From: an uncultured delta proteobacterium
GTDB taxonomy: Bacteria > Myxococcota_A > Polyangia > Polyangiales > Houyiibacteriaceae
Direction: 5' to 3'
Assembly (NCBI GenBank): GCA_963699755.1
Contig: CAVOVB010000003.1
Coordinates: 32,001 to 96,000 of the forward strand
Length of the DNA: 64,000 bases
A model generated the notes under the pieces. That model was not told the DNA's origin, made no database searches, and was given only the letters and a program-made list of their open reading frames with translations. Positions within the stretch are counted from its first letter, which is position 1. Every line of letters starts with the position of its first letter. A program made the position numbers and the translations under genes. Below, piece after piece: positions 48,825 to 56,834 of this stretch.

Positions 48825-49554
48825 AATACCCATGCCTCGTTTGGGCCGTTGGGCTCTTTTTCGTCAGCCTCGTCGGCGGCTGCGCGGCCGATCCGGGAAC
48901 GCCGGACTACTCGAGTCAGGTTGGTATTCGAGAGCGGGTCGCTGGAGTAGCCGTTGACCCCTTTCCGCCCATCGCGCCCGACCCGTACCAGCCTGGCGAT
49001 GAACGGCTGTCGGTCGGCTATTTCTACGAAGGTGGCCGCTCGGAAACGATTCCGATCAACACCGTGACCACCAATTACTTCATCTTCGTCATTGACGAGA
49101 ATACGCCGGTCCAGACGCTGACGTACTCTCAGGACCCATCGATCGACAGGCTCGAAGGACTGGAGTCCACCAAGATTACGCTCAACGACCAATCGTTTTG
49201 GGGTGGCGGCATCATCTGGACGCAGCCCATCGACCTGTCAGACTGGACGACGATGTACGTCGGTTTCAAGTCGAGCGACGACTCGTTCGCACGGTTCAAC
49301 ATCACGCTTCAGTGGCAGGACGGCAGGCCACCGAATGTGCCTCCCCCGGACCCGGCGCGATCGCTCAACCTCGATCCGACGGCGTACGGTTACACCAATG
49401 ACGGGGAATGGCATTTCCTGCGGATCCCGCTTCAAGATGCCATCGATCGTGGTTTTGACCCGAGTAACACCCGCTCGCCCTTCATCATCGGGGGGGGACT
49501 CGTAACCCCGGAGACGTACTGCTGGTCGACAACTTGTATTTCACGAAGGAATGA
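48815..49554 (+). CDS. Lipoprotein with CBM-like domain; frameshift in the G8 tract at 49490-49497
   Basis: VGGC lipobox; WGGGIIW..PIDLSDW, YGYTNDGEWHFLRIPL; adding one G gives GGGTRNPGDVLLVDNLYFTKE* (stop 49552-49554) followed by a GAGGGCGC/GCGCCCTC hairpin. Confidence 0.75.
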
Positions 49555-49653
49555 GGGCGCATGGCGTTGCATCAGGCGCCCTCTGACTTCATGGGTTTGA
49601 AGAGCTCGGGTAAGTGTCATGTTTCGCATAGCGAAACGAGGTAGGAGACGAGG

Positions 49654-50469
49654 ATGAAAAGAACGACATTGATTACGATTCTGTTTGCGGCGCTCGCCGT
49701 CTATGGCTGCTCCGAAGATGAGGGGGGTGGTGCGGCCGGTTCAGGCGGCAGTGGAGGCACAGCCGGTAGCGGAGGTTCAACCGGCAGCGGAGGCATGGCC
49801 GGTGGCGGGGGCACGGGCGGTACCGGGGCATGCGACAGCACAGCCAATGCCTTCATCAAAATTATTGATGGGACCGGTAACCTGACAGCTTCCGCTTCAA
49901 CGGACACGACCGACGCCACGGAAACCTGGGCCCGCGGCACAGTCGAGTTGCTGATCGACGCAGGACTCGCAGGACAGACCGTACAGTTCGGCTTCACTAC
50001 GACGGCCTCGAACTTTGAAGATTCAGGCGTCTTCTACGACAACGTCGAGGTCAACCCAAATACGCAGTACACGTCGAACTTCGAGGATCCCCCGTACGAT
50101 CAGACAGACCCTGACGCATTGGGCGATGACCCGTCAGCTACATGGGGAGACGGATGGGTCATTTACGCCAACGTGTATGAACCGGATGGGACGACCTTCC
50201 TTTACGGCTACAACATCCCCTTGGACCCCGCACCGAACGGCCAGATCCAAGGCTATTCCGCTATTGTGGCGGGGGAAGGCGGTCTCGAGCAGGGCGCCCA
50301 GCAGCTATCGATCTTTAGCGACTACAACAACGTCGCCGAACAGCAAGCAGGGAACCGAATCGAGTCCAATGTCTTCCGCGAACGCACGCTTACAGCGGAA
50401 GATGAGGGCACAACGATCACCTTCGGCTTCGACTTCAAACGCGGCAACATCAACGCAGGCTGCCCCTAG
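49654..50469 (+). CDS. Gly-rich lipoprotein with circularly permuted domain X
   Basis: VYGC lipobox; domain X blocks appear in swapped order; AGGAG RBS. Confidence 0.82.
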   Translation: MKRTTLITILFAALAVYGCSEDEGGGAAGSGGSGGTAGSGGSTGSGGMAGGGGTGGTGACDSTANAFIKIIDGTGNLTASASTDTTDATETWARGTVELLIDAGLAGQTVQFGFTTTASNFEDSGVFYDNVEVNPNTQYTSNFEDPPYDQTDPDALGDDPSATWGDGWVIYANVYEPDGTTFLYGYNIPLDPAPNGQIQGYSAIVAGEGGLEQGAQQLSIFSDYNNVAEQQAGNRIESNVFRERTLTAEDEGTTITFGFDFKRGNINAGCP

Positions 50470-50540
50470 GCGGTCTCCTGGTCATGGGCTGGCCGGCGGT
50501 TCGTTGAGCCGCCGGCCCCCGTGCCGTCATTCACGGGAAC

Positions 50541-53500
50541 ATGAATCGACCCTCCGTTCGCAACGATGAGGTAACTGGCGAGTTTTTGACTCTGGCGGGG
50601 GAGCGGTACTACGCGATCCGCAACGTCGACGAAATGGCCCCGTTCTTCGTCAGCCTGGTGTCCAATTCGGATCATTGGCTGTTCATTTCCTCGACCGGGG
50701 GCCTTACCGCGGGTCGGGTGTCCCCGAACACATCGCTGTTCCCGTACATTACAGTCGACAAGATTCACGAAAGCACTCCGCATACCGGCAGCAAGACGCT
50801 CATCCATGTAGTCGAAAACGGGAAACGGCGTGACTGGGAACCCTTCAATCGAGGACATGCCGGGCGGTATTCCACCGACCGCAATCTCTACAAGAACCTC
50901 CTCGGGAACAAGCTCTGCTTTGAAGAGATCAACCACGATCTGCAGTTGGCGTTCCGCTACTGCTGGTTGACCAGCGACATGTACGGATTCGTCCGTCGAT
51001 GCGAGTTGGAGAATCTAGGCGAAACAGACTGCAGCTTGGAGCTGGTCGATGGCTTGCAGAACATTCTTCCGGCCGGGACTCCGCGATTTGCGCAGACGAA
51101 CACGAGCAATTTGGTCGACGCATACAAATGGAATGAGCTCGTCGAAGACCAGGGGCTGGCCCTGTATACGCTCTATTCCGGGATCACCGATCGAGCCGAG
51201 CCCTGCGAGTCCCTCAAGGCCAACACCGTCTTCTGCCTCGGCCTCCATGGGCACAAGGTGCTGCTCTCCGGAGCGCAGCTCGAGCGATTTCGAAGGGGCG
51301 CGCCGCTCACTCAGGAGGTCCACAAGCGTGGCATCCGCGGGGACTATCTCGTCAATGCGTCGCTGACGCTGGCGCCGAAGGCATCGGAGCGCTGGCAGCT
51401 CGTCGCCGACGTCGAGCAGAGTCAGGCGCAGGTGGTGAGCTTGCTCCATGAGCTCGGCGACCCGGCGGCCGTGGCGGAGTCGATCACCCAGTCTGTAGAG
51501 GAGGGCTCCGATGAGCTGGCTCGCATCGTGGCGGGCGCCGACGCATTCCAGGCGACCGCCGAGGAGGCCGTCTCGGCCCACCACTATGCGAACGTGCTCT
51601 TCAATGTCCTGCGCGGCGGTATTTTCGACGATCAGTATCGGGTTTCTTCCCTGGATTTTCGTAGGACCGTCGAGATGTTCAATCGCAAGGTGTTCGTGCG
51701 CCATGAGGGGGCGCTCGGCGCCTTGCCCGAGACGCTCCAGTACCGGGACTTGCTGTCGAGCATCGAGGAGCTGGGCGACCCACAACTCGAGCGGCTATGC
51801 CGCGAGTATCTGCCGATCACCTTTGGTCGCCGGCACGGTGACCCCAGCCGACCCTGGAACGAGTTTGTCATCAAGCTCAAAGACGAGCGAGGCCAGAAGC
51901 TGCTCTCATATCAGGGCAACTGGCGGGACATTTTTCAGAACTGGGAGGCTTTGACGTTCAGCTATCCGGAGTTCGTCGAAAGCGTGATCGCCAAGTTCCT
52001 CAACGCCACGACGGCAGACGGATACAACCCGTACCGAATCAGCAAAGAAGGCATCGACTGGGAGGTCGAGGACCCTGACGACCCGTGGAGTCATATCGGC
52101 TATTGGGGCGATCATCAGATCATCTATCTTCTGAAGCTCCTGGAGCTTTCCCAGCGGTTCCATCCCCAGCGCCTCGTTGCCTTGCTGCGCCAGCCAATTT
52201 TCAGCTACGCCAACGTTCCGTATCGAATCAAGTCGTTCGAAAGCTTGCTCGAGGACGCAAAGAGCACCGTCGTCTACGACGGGGAAGCAGCGGCGCGGAT
52301 CGAACGGCGGGTGGCTGACAAGGGCGCCGACGGCAAGTTGATGCTCGACGCCAATGACGAGGTGTACCAGGTCAATCTGTTCGAGAAGCTCCTGGTGACG
52401 CTGTTGAGTAAGCTCGGAAACTTCGTGATGGATGGAGGCATCTGGCTCAATACCCAGCGTCCGGAGTGGAACGACGCCAACAACGCGCTGGTCGGTCATG
52501 GGCTGTCCATGGTGACGCTCTATTACATGCGCCGATACGTCGATTTCCTGCAGCGTTTGCTGGCGCAGGAGTCGGGTTCAATCAGCATGTCGCGGGAAAT
52601 CAGTGAATGGCTCGGTGAGACCGCGGCTGCGCTGAGGGAGGTGCGACCGCAGCTGAAGGGGCAGGCGGTGAGTTCCCATACGCGGCACCGCTTGCTGGCC
52701 AGGTTGGGAGAGGCCGCGTCGCGTTACCGACAGGCGGTTTACCGGAACGAGACGTTCTCCGGCATGGTCCAGCAACCAGTCTCGAAGGTGCATGACATGC
52801 TGGATGATGCGCTGGCTGCCATCGACCAAAGCATCCGGCAGAACAAGCGTGAGGATGGCATGTACCACGCCTACAACTTGCTGAGCTTGAGCTCCGAGGC
52901 CGTCGAGGTCGAGCACCTCTACGCGATGCTGGAGGGTCAGGTCGCCGTACTCAGCTCCGGGGCCATTGCCCCGGCAGAGGCAGCCGATGTGCTCGAAACC
53001 TTGTTCGAGAGCGAGATGTATCGGGCCGATGTGCGCACCTTCATGCTGTATCCGGATCGTCCGTTACCGGGGTTTCTCGAGAAGAACCGCATCCCCGCCG
53101 AACGATTCGAGTCGATCCCGCTACTCAGACAGATGGTGGAACGCGACGATGAGACCATCGTGTTGCGCGACGAAGACGGCTGCTACCGCTTCAACGCCGA
53201 CTTGCGCAACCGGGGCGATCTGAAGGCTCGGCTCAACGACTTGGTGCCGGTTTATGGCGATGAAACTCAACATGCTCGTCAGGCTTTGCTGGAGCTTTAC
53301 GAAAAGGTTTTCAACCACAAAGCGTTCACCGGGCGTTCCGGCACGATGTTCGGTTACGAGGGATTGGGATGTGTCTATTGGCACATGGTCTCCAAGTTGC
53401 TGCTGGTCGTGCAGGAAAACTTTTTCGTCGCGCTCGCCGTGGCTGCAGACGCAGAAACCTGCCTCCGGCTGGGGCGATTGTACTACCGTGTGCGTGAGGG

Positions 53501-53993
53501 TCTGGGATTCAACAGGAGCCCTGGTGAATTCGGAGCCTTCCCGACCGACCCTTACTCCAACACCCCCAAACACGCCGGCGCCCAGCAGCCGGGTATGACT
53601 GGCCTGGTCAAGGAAGAGATCTTGACCCGCTTCGGTGAGCTCGGTGTGCGTGTGAGCGAGGGTGCAGTGAGCTTCGAATTGGCCTTGTTGCGTGCTCGCG
53701 AGTTTGTCACGAGCCCACAGCCGTTTCGTTTCCTCGACGTCGATGGGAACTGGCAGGAGCTGACGGTTCCCAAATCGGGTTTGGCCTTCACCTGGTGTCA
53801 GGTGCCATTCGTGTACCGGATCGATGATTCCGTCGCCGAGCCGACGGTGACACTGAACCTCGATGATGGCGGTCATCGGACGCTGACGGAACCGATCTTG
53901 CCGACCGAGCTGAGCGCCGAGCTATTCCTGCGCACTGGGCGTATTCGTCAGGTTGAGCTTGTCGTCACAAAAAGCCAGTTGTTTTCTGACTGA
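50541..53993 (+). CDS. GH149 beta-1,3-glucan phosphorylase
   Basis: 1150 aa; FGRRHGDPSRPWN, YQGNWRDIFQNWEAL, RPEWNDANNAL, YEGLGCVYWHMVSKL, GAFPTDPYS, AQQPGMTG. Confidence 0.92.
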   Translation: MNRPSVRNDEVTGEFLTLAGERYYAIRNVDEMAPFFVSLVSNSDHWLFISSTGGLTAGRVSPNTSLFPYITVDKIHESTPHTGSKTLIHVVENGKRRDWEPFNRGHAGRYSTDRNLYKNLLGNKLCFEEINHDLQLAFRYCWLTSDMYGFVRRCELENLGETDCSLELVDGLQNILPAGTPRFAQTNTSNLVDAYKWNELVEDQGLALYTLYSGITDRAEPCESLKANTVFCLGLHGHKVLLSGAQLERFRRGAPLTQEVHKRGIRGDYLVNASLTLAPKASERWQLVADVEQSQAQVVSLLHELGDPAAVAESITQSVEEGSDELARIVAGADAFQATAEEAVSAHHYANVLFNVLRGGIFDDQYRVSSLDFRRTVEMFNRKVFVRHEGALGALPETLQYRDLLSSIEELGDPQLERLCREYLPITFGRRHGDPSRPWNEFVIKLKDERGQKLLSYQGNWRDIFQNWEALTFSYPEFVESVIAKFLNATTADGYNPYRISKEGIDWEVEDPDDPWSHIGYWGDHQIIYLLKLLELSQRFHPQRLVALLRQPIFSYANVPYRIKSFESLLEDAKSTVVYDGEAAARIERRVADKGADGKLMLDANDEVYQVNLFEKLLVTLLSKLGNFVMDGGIWLNTQRPEWNDANNALVGHGLSMVTLYYMRRYVDFLQRLLAQESGSISMSREISEWLGETAAALREVRPQLKGQAVSSHTRHRLLARLGEAASRYRQAVYRNETFSGMVQQPVSKVHDMLDDALAAIDQSIRQNKREDGMYHAYNLLSLSSEAVEVEHLYAMLEGQVAVLSSGAIAPAEAADVLETLFESEMYRADVRTFMLYPDRPLPGFLEKNRIPAERFESIPLLRQMVERDDETIVLRDEDGCYRFNADLRNRGDLKARLNDLVPVYGDETQHARQALLELYEKVFNHKAFTGRSGTMFGYEGLGCVYWHMVSKLLLVVQENFFVALAVAADAETCLRLGRLYYRVREGLGFNRSPGEFGAFPTDPYSNTPKHAGAQQPGMTGLVKEEILTRFGELGVRVSEGAVSFELALLRAREFVTSPQPFRFLDVDGNWQELTVPKSGLAFTWCQVPFVYRIDDSVAEPTVTLNLDDGGHRTLTEPILPTELSAELFLRTGRIRQVELVVTKSQLFSD

Positions 53994-54008
53994 GTCCAGG
54001 GGTCAGGC

Positions 54009-54542
54009 CTAGCTGCCGCCCATGCCACTGGCGCCGCCCATGCCTGCGCTACCGCCCATGCCTGCGCTGCCGCCCATGCCGCCGACACCGCCCATGCCAC
54101 CGGCGCCGCCCATGCCTGCGCTACCGCCCATGCCTGCGCTCCCGCCCATGCCTGCGCTCCCGCCCATGCCTGCGCTACCGCCTGTCCCGCCGGCACCGCC
54201 CGTACTTCCGCAGAGGTTGGGCGTCGGCTCCGGAATCGGTGTCGTCTGGCAGCTCGTAAGGTTGGAGCAGAAGACGAGCTGGCACTTCTCGCCCTCGCCG
54301 CAGTCCGTCACCGTATCGCACAGCCGAAGGCAGAGTCTGGCCTCTGGCACAGCGTCACCAGGCCTCAGGGGCTCGGGGCTCCCGGTGAAGGTGCAGATCA
54401 ACCCAGACCCGCACTCCCCAGTGGAGCCCGCCGTCTGACAGGTCTCACCGACGCCACCACAGCCGGCCGCGAGGAGCAGGGCAGCAGCGAAGGCAACGAG
54501 AATCAGCACCGTGCGCACGATGGCCCAACTAAACCACAGCAA
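54009..54542 (-). CDS. Small Cys-rich lipoprotein with C-terminal (GGSAGM)n tail
   Basis: LAAGC lipobox, CLRLCDTVTDC, 18-bp tandem units at ~54012-54190; start uncertain. Confidence 0.7.
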   Translation of the reverse strand: MLWFSWAIVRTVLILVAFAAALLLAAGCGGVGETCQTAGSTGECGSGLICTFTGSPEPLRPGDAVPEARLCLRLCDTVTDCGEGEKCQLVFCSNLTSCQTTPIPEPTPNLCGSTGGAGGTGGSAGMGGSAGMGGSAGMGGSAGMGGAGGMGGVGGMGGSAGMGGSAGMGGASGMGGS

Positions 54543-54635
54543 CGGGGCTGGGAAAAGGCCTGTCGTTCAATTTCTTCGGACGCGACGATTCATAGGCGAA
54601 ACGATCCCGACCTCGCTGTGATCACAAGAGCGACG

Positions 54636-55059
54636 ATGAAGGGTCCAACATCTCACCAGCGCATCGTTCTCATCGTAGCGCTTGCCCTCGGCCCTCTTGT
54701 TGGCCTGCGCCGGCTCGGGTGCCCACTCCGACGGTCCCGTGGACCATTCGCCGGTCCTCCCCGCTCTCGGGTACCGCGTCGATTTCGCCGGCAAATCGGT
54801 GGCCATCAGGGGAGATACGATCGATACCAAAGGCCTCCAAGACATGAGCCAGGGTGCTGACGTGCTCGTGAGCGAGGTGATGAACAAGTCCTTCCTGGAA
54901 GACGCGGGCGTCGGCACCCTGGTCCTCGCGCGCCAGGTCCCGACCCTCGACGACGACGTACAGATTGGGTTCGCGTTTCGCACGCCCATCGCCACGATAT
55001 TCGGGGGTGAGCTCATCGTGGGGGTCGACGGCACGAGCGTCACCGTACCCGTCCCGTGA
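54636..55059 (+). pseudogene. Internally deleted MBL-fold (RNase Z-like) hydrolase remnant
   Basis: A frameshifted signal segment joins directly to VDHSPVLPALGYRVDFAGKSVAIRGDT...ADVLVSE; the HxHxDH region is absent. Homologous to 8355-9428. Confidence 0.65.
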
Positions 55060-55243
55060 GAACATACGACCCTGGTTGGCAAGGGTGCACCGTCCCTCGA
55101 CATCGCCGTGTGCATATTGAAGCAGTGTCAGGCCGGGAAAGAGGATGCCCGTCACGGTCCACGATCGCGACCGGACCTTGATCGAGCTCCTGGACCGGAG
55201 CAAAGAGAAGCGGGCATGAGCGCCGATCTGAGCGCGCTGAATC

Positions 55244-56827
55244 ATGAGCAACACGTTCGACCGCGATCCCATCGAGATCTTTCTCGCACTCGACGAAGCG
55301 CAGAACCCGGACGCGATGCGGGCGGCGGCTGCGAAGAAGCTGGCAGTACCGGTTGACGACTTGCCCGAGCTTCACGTCCTGCGGCGTGCCATCGACGCGC
55401 GCGGCAAGCACGTCCGTTTTCACATCTTGTTGGGTGTCGGGCCCGAGCCTCGGAGTGACGACTGGGCACTACCTCATCCACGAGAGGTCCGATTGCCCGC
55501 ACGCGTCGTGATCGCGGGCTCAGGCCCGGCGGGCCTCTTCTGCGCGTACGAGTTGGCGCGTCACGGAGTGGCCAGCCGCATCATCGAACGCGGGAAGCGG
55601 GTTCAGCCGAGGCGTCGCGACATCGCGCTCCTCAATCGCGGGGGGCCGGTCGATTCCGATAGCAACTACTGTTTCGGCGAGGGCGGGGCGGGGACCTATA
55701 GCGACGGCAAGCTCTACACGCGGGCGCACAAGAGGGGCTCGGTGCGCGATGTCCTCGAGATCCTCACGCTGCATGGGGCGCCTCCAGAGATCCTGGTCGA
55801 CGCCCGTCCGCACATCGGGAGCAACCGGCTACCCAAGGTCGTCACTGCGCTGCGCGAACGACTCGAAGCCGTGGGCGTGGAATTTCATTTTGAGTCCAGG
55901 CTCGAGCGGGTCCTCGTCGAGGGCCGCGGCAGTGAGCGCCACGTTTGCGGTGTGGAGCTCGCGGATGGGCGTTCGTTCCAGGCGGACGCGGTCGTGCTCG
56001 CAACCGGGCATTCCGCGCGCGACGTGTTCCAGATGCTCGACGGGATGCAGGTCACCCTGGAGCCCAAGGGGTTTGCGCTGGGCGTTCGGGTCGAGCACCC
56101 GCAGGCGCTGATCAACCGGATTCAGTACGGCGCCAATGCGGGCCACGCCGCGCTTCCGAGCGCTTATTATCGCCTCGCCGCGACCGTCGAGGGTCGTGGT
56201 GTCTTCTCGTTCTGCATGTGTCCGGGCGGTTGGATCGTCCCCGCGATGACCGAGCCCGGCACACAGGTCGTCAATGGAATGAGCTTGTCGAAGCGAGACT
56301 CCCCGTTCGCCAACTCCGGAATCGTCGTGGCGATCGAGCCTGCGGATTGGCAGGCCCAGGGGTTCGATGGGCCACTAGGAGGGCTGCGCTTCCAGGAACA
56401 GATCGAACGCGCTGCCTCCGAAGCGGGTGGTGGCGGTCTCCGGGCGCCCGCCACGATGATGACGGACTTCGTCGCGGGGCGAGGCTCGAGCCGAGCTCCA
56501 CAGAGCAGCTACCGGCCGGGCTTGACCGCCACAGGGCTCGCCGAGGTGGTCGATTGTGCCGGGTTGCGCATCTCGGTTCCCTTGCGCGCGGGGCTCGAGC
56601 GCTTTGCGCTTCGCATGCCTGGATTTCTCGGCGAGGACGCGGTCCTGGTCGGTGTCGAATCGCGAACGAGCTCACCGGTGCGCGTCCCTCGCGACCAGGA
56701 CACGCTGCAATCTCCCGACCTTCGCGGTCTGTATCCGTCCGGCGAAGGTGCCGGCTATGCAGGCGGGATCGTCAGCGCCGCCCTCGACGGCAAGCGCGTT
56801 GCCACGGCTCTCTTGCCGCTGGTCTGA
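55244..56827 (+). CDS. NAD(P)/FAD-dependent oxidoreductase
   Basis: IAGSGPAGLF, FGEGGAGTYSDGKL, VLATGHSARD, FCMCPGG, GEGAGYAGGIVSAALDG. Confidence 0.9.
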   Translation: MSNTFDRDPIEIFLALDEAQNPDAMRAAAAKKLAVPVDDLPELHVLRRAIDARGKHVRFHILLGVGPEPRSDDWALPHPREVRLPARVVIAGSGPAGLFCAYELARHGVASRIIERGKRVQPRRRDIALLNRGGPVDSDSNYCFGEGGAGTYSDGKLYTRAHKRGSVRDVLEILTLHGAPPEILVDARPHIGSNRLPKVVTALRERLEAVGVEFHFESRLERVLVEGRGSERHVCGVELADGRSFQADAVVLATGHSARDVFQMLDGMQVTLEPKGFALGVRVEHPQALINRIQYGANAGHAALPSAYYRLAATVEGRGVFSFCMCPGGWIVPAMTEPGTQVVNGMSLSKRDSPFANSGIVVAIEPADWQAQGFDGPLGGLRFQEQIERAASEAGGGGLRAPATMMTDFVAGRGSSRAPQSSYRPGLTATGLAEVVDCAGLRISVPLRAGLERFALRMPGFLGEDAVLVGVESRTSSPVRVPRDQDTLQSPDLRGLYPSGEGAGYAGGIVSAALDGKRVATALLPLV

Positions 56828-56834
56828 GCGAACC

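Noticed and set aside
54012..54190. Gly-rich 18-bp tandem repeats as a novel repeat system
   Set aside because: They encode the ordinary flexible Gly-rich linkers seen in many lipoproteins in this window.
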